DNA of 64,000 nucleotides from Octopus vulgaris (lineage: Eukaryota): the NCBI GenBank assembly GCA_951406725.2, contig OX597821.1, positions 17,484,001 to 17,548,000 of the forward strand, in the 5' to 3' direction. Both the position numbers and the translations under genes were made by a program. Shown here piece after piece: positions 39,718 through 52,665 of the stretch. Every line of letters begins with the position of its first letter. Positions within the stretch are counted from its first letter, which is position 1. The notes under the pieces are model-generated. The model saw only the letters and a list, made by a program, of their open reading frames with translations. It ran no database searches and had not been told where the DNA came from.

Positions 39718-39882
39718 GGAGTGGCTGTGTGGTAAGTAGCTTGCTTACGAACCACGTGGTTCTGGGTTCAGTCACACTGCGTGGTACCTTCAGCAAGTGT
39801 CTTCTACTACAGCCTTGAGTAGACCAAAAAGCCTTGTGAGTGGATTTGGTAAATAGAAACTGAAAGAAGCCCGTTGTATATA

Positions 39883-39933
<51 letters not shown>

Positions 39934-40159
39934 GTGTATGTCTGTGTGTATACGTTTGTGTGTCTGTGTTTGTCCTCCCAATATCACTTGACAACCGATG
40001 CTGGTGTGTTTACGTCCCCGTAACTTAGTGGTTCGGCAAAGAGACTGATAGAATAAGTACTAGGCTTACAAAGAATAAGTCCTGGGGTCGATTTGCTCGA
40101 CTAAAGGTGGTGCTCCAGCATGGCCACAGTCAAATGACTCAAACGAGTAAAGGAGTAAA
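39718..40159 (+). mobile_element. SINE-A
   Basis: Homologous to 4698-5121. Confidence 0.88.
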
Positions 40160-40493
40160 GATGACATCAGAGAAAAGAAAAGAAACCACTGTCATCTGAA
40201 AGTGAAGAACAAAATTAATAACAATTACAACAGTAGCAAGAACAGCAATGAGAAAAGTGACAAGACTAATGGGAGCTTATTCAACTAAAGAAAGAATTCC
40301 TTAAGCAATGGAAAGCACTGGTGGACCTGGCCAGCTCTACACATGAAGACATCTCTGGGACCACTAATCTGAGATTGCCTCAGCTCCCTCAAGCAAGAAC
40401 CAGCAAGTAAGCAGTCAACAAAAATTGTGGCAATAGTGTATCACGGACATCCTCATACTCATCATGTAACATCTGTTTTCCATGCTGGCATAG

Positions 40494-40722
40494 CGGCGAG
40501 CTGGCAGAAACATTAGCACGCCGGGCGATATGCGTAGCCGTATTTTGTCTGCCGTTACGTTCTGAGTTCAAATTCCGCCGAGGTCGACTTAGCCTTTCAT
40601 CCTTTCGGGGTCGATTAAATAAGTACCAGTTACGCACTGGGGTCGATATAATCGACATAATCCGTTTATCTGTCCTTGTTTGTTCCCTCTATGTTTAGCC
40701 CCTTGTGGGCAGTAAAGAAATA
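40494..40722 (+). mobile_element. SINE-B (GGCGAGCTGGCAGAA head), inserted into an RTE 3' fragment
   Basis: B-box-like GAGTTCAAATTC and central GCCTTTCATCCTTTCGGGGTCGAT..AAGTACCAG. TSD GGCATAG at 40487-40493 and 40723-40729. Confidence 0.85.
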
Positions 40723-41412
40723 GGCATAGTTTGGACAGTTCAGCAGGAGCTGGTAAGACAGAGAACTGTACCAAGCTCCCAAGTGTACTTTGATATGGTT
40801 TCTACAGCTGGATACCCTTCTGAATGTCAACCACTTCACAGAATGTTCTTGGTGTTTCTTACATGGCACTGGTACCAGTGAGATCATCAAGTGACAGGCA
40901 CTCAAGAACCCACAACTGAGCGGGGTGGTGATATTGAGGGAGGTGGCTTTATATGAGGTAGTGGGAGGTTCAAGTATGAAAAGGAGACAGGTACAGGTGT
41001 CTTGCTGCAGGGGAGAGACAGGGCTCTCCCCTTTGAAAAAGAGAGAAGATGGTAGCGATAAATCTTTTCTCCTTCATTCAGTCATTTGACTGCAGCCATG
41101 CTGGGGCACCATCTTGAAGAATTAGTGAAACAAATCAGCCCCTAATACTTTTTTTAGCCTAGTACTTATTCCATCAGACACTTTTGCTGAACTGCTAAGT
41201 TTGCTGGGATGTAAGTACACCAACAACAGTTGTCAAGTGGTGGTGGTGGGGGGACAAATACACAAAAATATGCATATATATATATGACAGGTTCTTTTTA
41301 GTTTCTGTCTGCCAAATCTACTGACAAGGCTTTAGTAGAAGACACTAACCCAAGGTACTACACAGTGGAACTAAATCCAGATGCATGTGGTTGTAAAGTG
41401 TGTGTATATGTA

Positions 41413-41608
41413 TACTCTTTACTCTTTTACTTGTTTCGGTCATTTGACTGCGGCCATGCTGGAGCACCGCCTTTAGTCGAGCAAATCGACCCTGGGACTT
41501 ATTCTTTGTAAGCCCAGTACTTATTCTATCGGTCTCTTTTGCCGAACCGCTAAGTTACAGGAACATAAACACACCAGCATCGGTTGTCAAGCAATGCTAG
41601 GGGGACAA

Positions 41609-41679
<71 letters not shown>

Positions 41680-41843
41680 TATGACAGGCTTCTTTCAGTT
41701 TCTGTCTACCAAATCCACTCACAAGGCTTTGGTCGGCCCGAGGCTATAGCAGAAGACACTTGCCCAAGGTGCCACGCAGTGGGACTGAACCCAGAACCAT
41801 GTGACTGGTTAGCAAGCTACTTACCACACAGCCACTCCTGCGC
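41413..41843 (-). mobile_element. SINE-A, full length (an older copy lies at about 41073-41395)
   Basis: Reverse complement of SINE-A. Confidence 0.9.
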
Positions 41844-41846
41844 ATA

Positions 41847-42134
41847 TATATAAGAATTTTTTGCATAATGAGATAAAAAAACCAAGGCTGTGTAGATATT
41901 AGAACATTTATAGATAGACTTTCTATCTATCTATAAATGCTCTAATATCTACACACCCTTGGTTTTTTTTATCTCATTATGCAAAAAATTCTTATATACA
42001 CACGCTGACATATGACCAACATTGAACCCCTTATTCGTAAAATCACCAAACCTGGAACTTAACTATGGTCTCTCTATAGCACTTACTCTGCATTACCTGA
42101 CACCTTTGGGTCTCAATGACACCATTACCTCTTT
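41847..42134. mobile_element. Foldback element in TA context, family F3
   Basis: Arms 41847-41918 / 41926-41998, tail to 42134, then (TA)n. Confidence 0.6.
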
Positions 42135-44276
42135 TATATATATATAATGTGTGTGTGTGTATATATATATATATATACATACATGCGTGTGTGTATGTGT
42201 GCGCACACTCTAGAAATGCCAGTAAGTAGTAACAGCAGAATGTTGAACCATTGATAAATCCCTTCTCTCTCTTTCGGAGAGGCACTGAGCAGCTATACGC
42301 ACACATACACACATCCACCTACCGAATTCAATCACAAAGCTTCGGTTGGCTCGGGGCTATAGTAGAAGACACTTACCCAAAGTGCCACGCAGTGGGACTG
42401 AACCCAAAACCATGTAGTTAGGAAATCCATCCTTATAAATCAACAGTCTTGCACATTATTCATTATCAGTCGTCTGACTTGCTTTTGGCATTGCTAACAC
42501 CAATACCAATACCAGTTGTCAAGCAGTGTTTGGGAACCAAAATACATGCACCTCATCTGGCAGGTTTCTTTCAGTTTTCATCTACGAAATCCACTCTCAA
42601 GACTTTGTTCAGCCCAGGGCTCTAGTAGGAAACATCTACCCAAGGTGCCATACAATGGGGGTGAACTCAAAGCCCTATGGTTGGGAAGCAAACTACTTAC
42701 CACACAACCACAGCTATTTCTCTAAGGAAATAAAAACAGTACACCTAATCACATAATTTTCTGTTCTTATATAAGAAAGAATTACTATTATAAATAATTA
42801 CCATAATGATGTTATTATGAAAATATCGAAATCCAGTGGTAATTTACAATATCTAAATCAATAAGACTGATTTTGAAAATTTCAATTTTATGTATTGCAA
42901 AATTCACTAAATTAACTAAAAGAAAATATAAAAGTAATTCTGTATAAATATATCATGGTGAAGTATTTTTTGTTATCTGATTGTATAAAAAAAATATATC
43001 ATTAAATTATTGTTAATATTATTTCTATCAGTATTTACAAGAGTTCACTATATCAAATTAACAGTATATCATTATTTTTTGAGATTATAAAAATATTTTT
43101 TAAAAATTGATACTAAAAACGGTTATAAAAATTTCTTAGATTGCTTCAGATTACATGTGAGTGTATGTGTGCGTGTGTGTGTGTCTCTATGTGTGTGTGT
43201 GTGTGTGTGTGTGCGCGTGCCAGCATAGGAAAAGCTGCTGCTAAATTGATGATGACATGATATAGTGTACATTGATTTGTGTGTGTGTCTATCGCTATCT
43301 ACTTATTTGTCTATCTATCTCTCCCTACACACACATATAGCTGTTTATATATGCATAATGAAATTATTTCTTAGATATATATATATATGTGTGTGTGTGT
43401 GGAAAGAGACAGTGAATATAAATATATGTATATTTAGAGAGAGAGAGAGAAATAATGCTGTATATATAATGTGGGGGTTTTTTTTCTCTCTCATATATAA
43501 TGCTGCGCGCTCATGTGTGCACATCTGTTTACTTAATAAAATGTTGTTTGTTTGGTTTGGGTTTTTTTCTAAGTTTTATTTTATCCTATTTTGTTTGTTT
43601 CGGCCCTGTTCGTTGTTACAGTCATCATCACCACACCATCATGTTCACCACCAATTTGATTTTTTTTTTTTAATTTACCTGTGCCTTCCACACCTCCACA
43701 ACCACTTCTCCACCATGTGGCATTTCCATCTTCTTGATTCCCAAGATATATACTTGACTTAATGATAATTTGCTCCCCTTCTGTGATTTCCATTTCAAAA
43801 GCAGTAATCAATCAACACTTGTTTGCATGGTGTTGGCATTATTTTTCTGATTCCTTTTCTGTGTTTTGTTTGTAGTTTTTATTTTTTTTAATTTTTATTG
43901 CTTTTCTTTGCCTAACACACACACATACACACTCGCACTCTTATCTCTTTGATCACTTATTATATTATCAATGTCAGAAAGAAAGAAAAGTGTGAGTGAG
44001 AAAGAAGGAGAGACAGAGAATGAACAAGAATTATTTTAAAAATCAAAAAAATCAAAATAACACAGAAAGAAAAATAATTTGCATATTCTAGAAATGAAAT
44101 ATGCGAGGTATTTAAATGTTTGCTGGAAGCTTTTTTATTATTATTCATATATATATTTATATAAGGTTGTTTATTGAGTATATTTATTATTCTATTATAT
44201 TTTATATCTTTTAACACTTCAAAGTAAACCTTAATACAAAGAAAAATAAATGCATAAATAGATAAAAATTTATGTA

Positions 44277-44319
<43 letters not shown>

Positions 44320-44649
44320 ATAATTAAGGGTATATATAAATATATATATATATGCATCCTACTACATTAATAATTCCATATCCCAAATTAATGCGTGAAC
44401 AGATGTGTGTTGTTTTGTGGATTTTGTGTTAGGCATCCTCCCCACATACACACACATACTCTGTTTCTTTTTGCTATTTTATTGTTAATATATTTATATA
44501 TCTGTGTGTATGTGTGTGTGTGATTTCCAAATATTTTGGAACTTATTTAGAAATTTTCTTTAATTATCAACTATTAGCTTGTGAACCAATTCAATAACGT
44601 TCATACATGTTTGTGTATATATGTATACACACAAGAGCAAAGCAGTAAG

Positions 44650-44848
44650 TACTCTTTTACTCTTTACTCTTTTACTTGTTTCAGTCATGTGACTGTGGCC
44701 ATGCTGGAGCACCGCCTTTAGTCGATCAAATCGACCCCAGGACATATTCTTTGTAAGCCTAGTACTTATTCTATCGGTCTCTTTTTTGTCGAACCAGCAT
44801 CGGTTGTCAAGCGATGTTGGGAGGACAAATACAGACACACAAACACGC

Positions 44849-44893
<45 letters not shown>

Positions 44894-45059
44894 TACGACG
44901 GGTTTCTTTCAGTTTCCATCTACCAAATCCACTCACAAGGCTTTGGTCCACCCGAGGCTATAGTAGAAGACACTTACCCAAAATGCCACGCAGTGGGACT
45001 GAACCCAGAACCATGTGGTTCGTAAGCAAGCTACTTACCACACAGCCACTCCTACGCCT
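44650..45059 (-). mobile_element. SINE-A
   Basis: Reverse complement of SINE-A with a small deletion. Confidence 0.88.
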
Positions 45060-45265
45060 TTTGCAAATAAAAATTTTTAATTTTATTGCAAATAAAAATT
45101 GCATTACTTTCTGACTCACTCTTGTATACACACACATACACACACATACGCATATGGTTCACATGTATGGCTGTATGGTTAATTAGTTTGCTTCACAGTC
45201 TTGTGGTTTCGACTATAATTTTAATACATGGTGGCTTGGACAAGTTTTCTCTAACACAGCCTTAA

Positions 45266-45487
45266 CCCTTTAGCATTTAAACCGGCCATATCCGGCCAAA
45301 AGTATTCTGCCTGTTTTATGTTCAAACTGACCATATCTGGTCTCTCACACCAACCCTACAATATCGTTATAAAAAATTAACAGCTACCTCATCAAAATCT
45401 CATTGCTACAAGATAATGCACAATTAGTTCAAAACAATGTGGATAAAAAAGCATTAGTTTTGGCCGAATAATGTGAACACTAAAGGG
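45266..45487 (+). mobile_element. piggyBac-type MITE
   Basis: TTAA on both sides (45262-45265, 45488-45491) and TIR CCCTTTAG/CTAAAGGG. Confidence 0.85.
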
Positions 45488-45597
45488 TTAAGTTAAACAG
45501 TGCCTTGTAAGTCAAATTTATCAGACAGAACCTGTACAGAAGATTGTGTGTGTGTGTGACTGATATGCATAAATAACAGTGTAATTATCAGTGTAAA

Positions 45598-45996
45598 TCT
45601 TTATATATAAAAGTCAAGTTGTGTGTCTGTCTCCTACGATTTAGATTCCTAACTACTCCCACATTTTGCGGTGCAGTTTAACCAAGACCGGGTATCTTAT
45701 AGTCGTGATTCATATCGAGCCCTTCTGGGTATTAGCTCTCATCTACAATGAGTCTACGATTTAAAAAAAAATTTACTATCATTTTTTTCCATTTTAATGC
45801 ATTTTTTTCGCTATTATATAAGGGAAGTAACTCTCTAAAAATGTCTATGATGAGTCAACGATTTAAAAAAAAATTTACCATAATTTTTTTTCCATTTTTA
45901 ATGCATTTTTTTGCTATTTTTTGGCTATAACTCTCTAAAAATGCTTATATAGTTATTTCCCTTACAAACCCGAGCAACGCCGGGCGATACTGCTAG
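45598..45996 (+). mobile_element. Non-autonomous Helitron
   Basis: Inserted between A and T. The 5' end is TCTTTATATATAAAAG. A 3' GC hairpin CCCG(A)GC-AAC-GCCGGG at 45969-45984 precedes a terminal CTAG at 45993-45996. There is an internal duplication of about 100 bp. Confidence 0.85.
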
Positions 45997-46155
45997 TAAT
46001 TTAATATTTATATCTGTAAAAGAAAATGCATTAACTTGCATTAGCTCTTCAAAAGGACTTGGCCCTTTTATTATGAATTGATCCAAAGGTTGCTTCAGCA
46101 TGGCCACTGTCCGACAACTCAGAAGCAGTAAAGGAATACAAATAACTGTTACCTT

Positions 46156-46325
46156 AGGCATAGGAGTGGCTGTGTGGTAAGGAGCTAGCTTACAAACCAC
46201 ATGGTTCCGGGTTCAGTCCCACTGCGTGGCACCTTGGGCAAGTGTCTTCTACTATAGCCTCGGCCCGACCAAAGCCTTGTGAGTAGATTTGGTAGACGGA
46301 AATTGAAAGAAGCCCGTTGTATATA

Positions 46326-46384
<59 letters not shown>

Positions 46385-46725
46385 GTATGTGTGTGTATAC
46401 GTTTGTGTGTCTGTGTTTGTCTCCCCAGTATCACTTGACAACCGATGCTGGTGTGGTATATATGTATGTGTGTGTATATATATATGCTTGTGTATATGTT
46501 TGTGTGTGTGTTTGTCCCCCTAACATCGTTTGACAACCGATGGTGGCCTGTTTATGTCCCTGTAACTTAGCAGTTCAGCAAAACTTAGTGGTTCAGCAAA
46601 AGAGACTGATAGAATAAGTACTAGGCTTACAAAGAATAGGTCCTGGGGTCGATTTGCTTGACCAAAGGCGGTGCTCCAGCATGGCCACTGTCAAATGGCT
46701 GAAGCAAGTATAAGAGTAAAAGAGT
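46156..46725 (+). mobile_element. SINE-A with duplicated internal segment
   Basis: The (TG)n-TTTGTC...GACAACCGATG block occurs twice (about 46400-46455 and 46500-46545). Confidence 0.85.
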
Positions 46726-47332
46726 ATGGGTAAAGTACTGATTCAGTGGTGGAGCAGTTTGGGATGAGTTGGATGGCTTGATGGGGTCCTGTGAGTTGTA
46801 AGATGCATCAAGCTCCAAAATCAGATTCAGCATGGTTTTTGTGGTTGGACGGCATTCTCAATGTCAACCACTTCACAGTATGTACTAGGAGTTTTTTTTT
46901 CCCCCCTTTTTTGTGTTCCACCGGCACTAGTGAAGTCACCAAGTTACTTGCAGACCAAAAGAAAAGGAAAGTTAAGTGCAGTTAAGGGGCTTTATAATAG
47001 GGTGTTGAAATATGGCTACCCTACATTATCATAAGCATGGGTTTGAATAGCTTGAAAGAGGATAAAGATAGCAGTAATGGAATGCCCAAGTAAATACTCA
47101 AGGTACAAGAGTGTGGGCATAAGAGGTGATAAAGACAGTGGATCAGGAAGGGAGAGGAGAAAGTAGACAGTTTTAGTAGCATATGAGAGGATCATAAGAT
47201 GATGGGGTAAAGGTGAATTTGGTGAGAGGTGAACAAGAGTAAAGGTGTGGTTGATGAAATGAATTTCCCTCTACGCTAAGCTTCTGTGCCCATACACACA
47301 TTTTATGATCTCTATACGCAATTTTATGTTCA

Positions 47333-47640
47333 GTGGAGGCACATGGCCTAGTGGTTAGAGCAGCAGACTCACGGTCAAGGGATCGCGGATTCAAATCTCA
47401 GACCAGGCGATATGTGTGTTTATGAGCGAAACACCTAAGCTCAATGCAGCTCCGGCAGAAGGTAATGGCGAACCTCTGCTAACACTTTCGCCACAACTTT
47501 CTCTCACTCTTTCTCTCCTCCTGCATCTTGCAGCTCACCTGCAACGGACCGGCGTCCCATCCAGGTGGGGAACCTATACGCCAAGAAACCGGGAAACCGG
47601 CCCTTATGAGCCAGGCATGGCTCGAGAATGAACAAACAAA
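47333..47640 (+). mobile_element. SINE-C type 1 (tRNA-like head, (AAAC)n tail). Decayed relatives lie at about 37640-37845 (+) and 63625-63830 (-).
   Basis: A box TGGCCTAGTGG and B-box-like GGATTCAAATC. TSD CAATTTTATGTTCA at 47319-47332 and 47641-47654. Confidence 0.88.
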
Positions 47641-48432
47641 CAATTTTATGTTCACAATATTCATTGTGAACATAAAATGCTTATTTAAATTATGCAGTAT
47701 TTAGTAATTCTGTGTTTAGGGTGGGTGAGCCAGCAGAATCATTAGTCTGTCAGACAAAATGCTCAACAGCATATCTACCACCTCTTTATGTATTGAGCAA
47801 CTCCCACTGAGGTCAGTTTTGCCTTTCATCCTTTCAGGGTTGATAAAGTAAGTAGAGCATTGGGGTTAATGTAATGAGCTTGTCCATCTCAGAACTGCTG
47901 GCCTTGTGCCAAAATTAGAAAGATTTATGTATTCAGTGTCATATATACATTTGTCAAAGTATAAAACAAGTGGCACAACATAAGATTTATGTGCACAAGG
48001 CTACTAAAACTTAATAGAACATGGTGGGGGCACAGGATATGGGGTTTCACGTTCTGATAATTCATTAAGTTTTAACTCTTTGGTACAGCTAGCTGTTAGA
48101 AGGGAAACTGTTCAAAAGGGAAAGGTTGTGTGGTAAAGAAGTTCACTTATCAATATGTGGGTTCGGTCCCACTATGCAGCACCTTGGGCAAATGTCTGTA
48201 ACCCCAAGCCAACTAAAGCGAAGCCTTGAAAGTGAGTTTGGCAGACAAAACCTGAAAAAATTTGTCTTGTGTGTGTGTGAGCATGCATGCATGCAAATAT
48301 GTGATCTATATTGGTAAAAATTGTAAACATGAAAATCAAAACAAAGGCACACCTAAGCATTTCGTCTGATGCAATTAACAATTCTGCCAGCTTGCTGCCT
48401 TTTGATCGAATATTATTATTATTATTATTATT

Positions 48433-48858
48433 GAGTGAGAGAGCAGTTCATGCCATCAAAGTGACACTGGGGTAAAATATACGAAGCCCAATATACCCAT
48501 CATGACTACCCGTCTGATAAAGGTACACCAGGCACATGCATCACAACCATATGTGCACGACATGGTGATCTCATATCAAGATAAACAGCACATGACCTTG
48601 CAGGTGGGGCCCAGTTAGAATTTTCTTCAGGTTGAGTAGCCCATCCTGCTCAAACGGTCCCTGAATAAGGGTTGTTTAAGGATGTTGAAAGAACCACCCA
48701 TGTTTCCAGAGGTGAACTATTCAAACCCCAAAGAATCCCTCTCAACACATGGCTATGATGCTCCCCCACTACTTCTGCTCGTGATCAGAGATGCACATAT
48801 CGTCAGCCCCTAAGGGACATGCTCAACTGGTTAAGGTCAAACAACTGACAAGCAAATC
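48433..48858. mobile_element. Unclassified interspersed element bounded by (TTA)n tracts
   Basis: A block of higher GC between two TTA microsatellites, consistent with a retroposon carrying a (TAA)n tail on the minus strand. It is single-copy here, so the family is not assigned. Confidence 0.45.
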
Positions 48859-48881
48859 TATTATTATTATTATTATTATTA

Positions 48882-48927
<46 letters not shown>

Positions 48928-48992
48928 CATTACTATTATTATTATTATTATTATCATTACTATTATTATTATTATTATTATTATCATTATTA

Positions 48993-49023
<31 letters not shown>

Positions 49024-49033
49024 TATTATTATT
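48859..49033. repeat. Interrupted (TTA)n microsatellite about 110 bp upstream of the WASHC5 acceptor
   Basis: Direct reading. Confidence 0.95.
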
Positions 49034-49199
49034 GTACATTGTTGATGTAATTGAAATTATGTTTGAAGACTAAGACTGTTTACTTCTTTTTTCTTTCTTA
49101 TTATATATTTTTCTGTTCTTTTTTTTTTTTTGTCTTTCCAGCTCCCCTTAGAAAGTCTTTCAGCTCCTGGTTGTTATATTGATACCAGAGCCTTAAAAC

Positions 49200-49424
49200 A
49201 TGACAGAATTTCTAGCTGAAAATAACCAGTGTGGCCAGAACCTGATTCACCTGACATCAAGAGGTAACGCTATTATAGCTGAGCTGCTTCGACTGTCGGA
49301 CTATGTTCCGCCTGTGTTCCGCCAAGATAACCGTCAGGACCAGGCGAAATATGGTGAGATCCTCTGTGACTTCAGTTACTTCAAGAACACTGAGCAGTTT
49401 GACAGCAAAATTGACAGCCGACCT
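49200..49424 (+). CDS. WASHC5: WASH complex subunit 5 (strumpellin), first coding exon, codons 1-75. The exon probably starts at 49142 with a short 5' UTR part.
   Basis: [40 protein letters not shown]...[13 protein letters not shown] matches the strumpellin N-terminus as I recall it (human [40 protein letters not shown]). A long polypyrimidine tract plus CAG acceptor ends at 49141, the ATG context is AAAACATG, and a GTAAGT donor sits at 49425 (phase 0). Confidence 0.95.
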
Positions 49425-49639
49425 GTAAGTTGTTTCATTATAAATGTTGTTGTTGTTTTTTTTTTTCTTGCAGGGATTTAAAATGAAACTTTCGAAAAGG
49501 TTGAGTGATGAACGGATTAAAAAGAAATTATTTAAAGATTAAGTTAGCTTTATGGCTTTAACAGACGTGGTTGGGGTGTAGAGTGTTGGCAGTAGCGGTG
49601 ATTATAGTGGTGGTGGCTCTGCTGATGGTGGTATATGTT

Positions 49640-49878
49640 TGTTAGTTAGTTAGTTAGTTAGTTTGTTAATTTTTTGGCTCAAAAAGCAAAAAGCAAGGCC
49701 ATGTAGGGGGACATGGAGTTATGTACAGGGTGGTATTCATGTAAAGAGTTCAGGCCACTTGAGGTCAAGGGAGACTTTGAACCGAGCGGTTGTCGGCATC
49801 TTCACCATCTCATCTGGCAGCTTATTCCATGGATCCGCAACCTGGACAGAGAAAGCCCCTCTCCTTTGATTGAGATGT
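49640..49878 (-). mobile_element. CR1-like LINE 3' end with (CTAA)n tail, in a WASHC5 intron
   Basis: Minus-strand translation RRGAFSVQVADPWNKLPDEMVKMPTTARFKVSLDLKW..* matches the CR1 ORF2 C-terminal FS.RV...WN.LP......FK..LD motif. (GTTA)n lies at 49641-49662. Confidence 0.8.
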
Positions 49879-50055
49879 AGTGCTGGTAACAGTGGTGAAT
49901 GAAAGAAAAACTGTTGAACATGATCTTTGACTATTAATATAGCTATATATTAGCTACAGAAGCAAAATAAAAACAAGAGGTAATATTTATCCCCACTGAA
50001 ACTTGGATGTTCTGTTAAAACAAACTTTATTGCAGTGGATACCTTGAGAAACCCT

Positions 50056-50459
50056 ACTCTTTTACTTGTTTCAGTCATTTGACTTCGGCCATGCTGGAGC
50101 ACCACCTTTAGTCGAGCAAATCGACCCCAGGACTTATTCTTTGTAAGCCCAGTACTTATTCTATTGGTCTCTTTTGCCGAACCGCTAAGTGACAGGGACG
50201 TAAACACACCAGCATCGGTTGTCAAGCAATGCTAGAGGGACAAACACAGACACACAAACACATACACACACATACGCATACGTATACATACATATATACG
50301 ACAGGCTTCTTTCAGTTTCCGTCTACCAAATCCACTCACAAGGCATTGGTTGGCCCGGGGCTATAGCAGAAGACACTTGCCCAAGATGCCACGCAGTGGG
50401 ACAGAACCCGGAACCATGTGGTTGGTTAGCAAGCTACTTACCACACAGCCACTCCTGCG
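50056..50459 (-). mobile_element. SINE-A in WASHC5 intron
   Basis: Reverse complement of SINE-A. Confidence 0.9.
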
Positions 50460-50724
50460 TACTAACATGTGTATACTTGTGTTTAACATGACTGTTGACT
50501 ATTAATATACATACACGTGCTAACTTGTGTTTCTATGATGTTTAACTTGACTGTCCATAAATATGTGTACTACGATGTGTATTTCTGTTCTACTTAATGT
50601 GACTTCATCATCATCATTTAACTATCAATAAATATATGTGATAACATGTGTATACTTGTTTATGATCGTCAACTCCTAAAGAATGATATGTGTACTAACA
50701 TATCTGTATGTTTGTGTTGTAATT

Positions 50725-51540
50725 ATTATAGTAGGACAGACAAGGCGGTGAGCTGGCAGAAACGTTAGCACGCCAAGCAAAATGCTTAGCAGTATTTTGT
50801 CTGTCTTTATTGTTCTGAATTCAAATTCTGCTGGGGTCGACTTTGATTTTCGCCCTTTTTAGGTTGATTAATTATGTACCTGTTGCATACTGAGGTCAAT
50901 CTAATCGACTGCCACCCGCCCCCAAAATTTCAGGCCTTCTACCTAGAATAGAAAAGATTATAGTAGGACAGCAAGGTGGTGAGCTGGCAGAATTGTTAGC
51001 ATGCCAGGGAAAATGCTTAGTGGCATTTCATCCATCTTTATGTTCTGAGTTCAGATTCAGCTGAGGTCAAATTTGCCATTCATCCTTTCAGGGTCAGTAA
51101 AATAAGTACCAGTTCAGTACTGGGGGTTCGTGTAATTGACCAGTCCCTTCCCGAAGATTGCTGACCTTGTGCTAAAATTTGAAATCATTATTACAGTAGG
51201 ACAGGAAGGCAGTGAACACGCATGCTGAGCAAAATGCTTTGCAGCATGTTGGGTGTTCAAATTCCACTGAGGTAGACTTTGCTTTTCACCCTTTCAGGGA
51301 TCAATAAAATAAGTAGCATATCAAAACCGGGGTCAGTGTAATCAAGTGTTCCTTTCCTAATTTCAGACCTAGACCTTGTACCTATAATTGTTGTAATTAT
51401 TACAGTTAAAAAATTGTAGTATGTAGTTACATCCTTTTATGTTTTTGAGTTCAAATCCAACCAAAATAGATTTTCTCATTCCTTTTTCCATTGTTAATAT
51501 AATCAGTACCAGTCATCTCTGTGTCATTGATATAATCGCT
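50725..51540 (+). repeat. Head-to-tail array of 3-4 SINE-B copies
   Basis: Heads at about 50743, 50974 and 51207, plus a decayed unit at about 51425. The first three are each preceded by ATTA(T/C)AGTAGGACAG. Confidence 0.8.
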
Positions 51541-52523
51541 ATCTTTCGTCTCACCACCATTGCTATAATTGATAACCTTTCATCTTTCAAATCACCAATT
51601 AACATCTAAAAGATCACATTGAACTTGTTTACTTGATAGACGGATAATTCATTGACAGACAATTGGCTGACAGACAACTTATAGACAGGAGACTTGACCG
51701 ATTGGACAATTTGCCAAAAGGACAATATGTTGACATTTTTTAAAAACAAAGCAAAAATTATAAAAAAGTTGTATTAGGCTTACAAATAAAAACAATTTAT
51801 TTATTAAAAGATAATTCATACAATAGGTCGACATGAAAAAAGCACAAAAAGTTTTGATAGTCTTACAAATAGAAATAAAGATATCACATACAACTATGGG
51901 CGCATGGAAACTATAAGAAGCCTTTTATGTGTTTGTGTGTCCTTGTCATGACATTTGCATGCTGACTGTAAAGAAAGTCACTGCTCATATAAAAATGGCA
52001 TAATTTTTCTGCAATCTTCCATGAAAGCATGTCTGGCCATTCAGGTGTTAGTGTTTGAAGGACTAGATGAAATGTTATCTTGCTTGGAGACAGGTAATGG
52101 TTGGTGACAGGAAGAGTCTCGAACTGAAAATTATCTGCCTCAACAAGTGCATAAGCACTGGTGTGGCAAGAAGTTTATATAGGTGCATGTATGATAAGAA
52201 GTTTACTTCCCAACTCCATGTTTCCAGATTCAGTTCCACTGTACAGCACCTTGGCTGTTTTCTAATGTAGCTCTGGGTTGAATAAAGCCATGTGAGTGGA
52301 GTTAGTAGACAGAAACTGAAAGAAGCTTGTCGTGTGTGTATGAGTTTGTGTGTTACTGTCTTCTTGCTTTGCTATTCATGTGATAGTTGTAAACGAGTAT
52401 CACCATCATGCAAGTGGTGTACTTCAGTACTGGAAATAAATGAGGTTTGGTGACTGGAAGGGCATCCAGTTGCAGAAAAAAACCCACCTCAGCAGATTCT
52501 GTTTGACTAATACATGGACATTA

Positions 52524-52665
52524 AAACAATGATGATGAAGTATCACCTGGCCCATGGAAAAGTGGATATTGAAATGGTGGTGATGATGATGTATCATCAT
52601 CATCATCACCACCATTTCAACATCCACTTTTCCATGGGCCAGGTGATACTTCATCATCATTGTTT
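52524..52665. repeat. Near-perfect palindrome made from an RTE 3' tip
   Basis: Arms 52524-52591 / 52598-52665, one mismatch seen. Confidence 0.9.

Noticed and set aside
47333-47410. tRNA gene (also the SINE-A and SINE-B heads)
   Set aside because: A and B boxes are present, but there is no complete cloverleaf or terminator. The head continues into a SINE body flanked by TSDs.
48791-49045. Poly-Ile and poly-Asn ORFs
   Set aside because: They come from a (TTA)n microsatellite.
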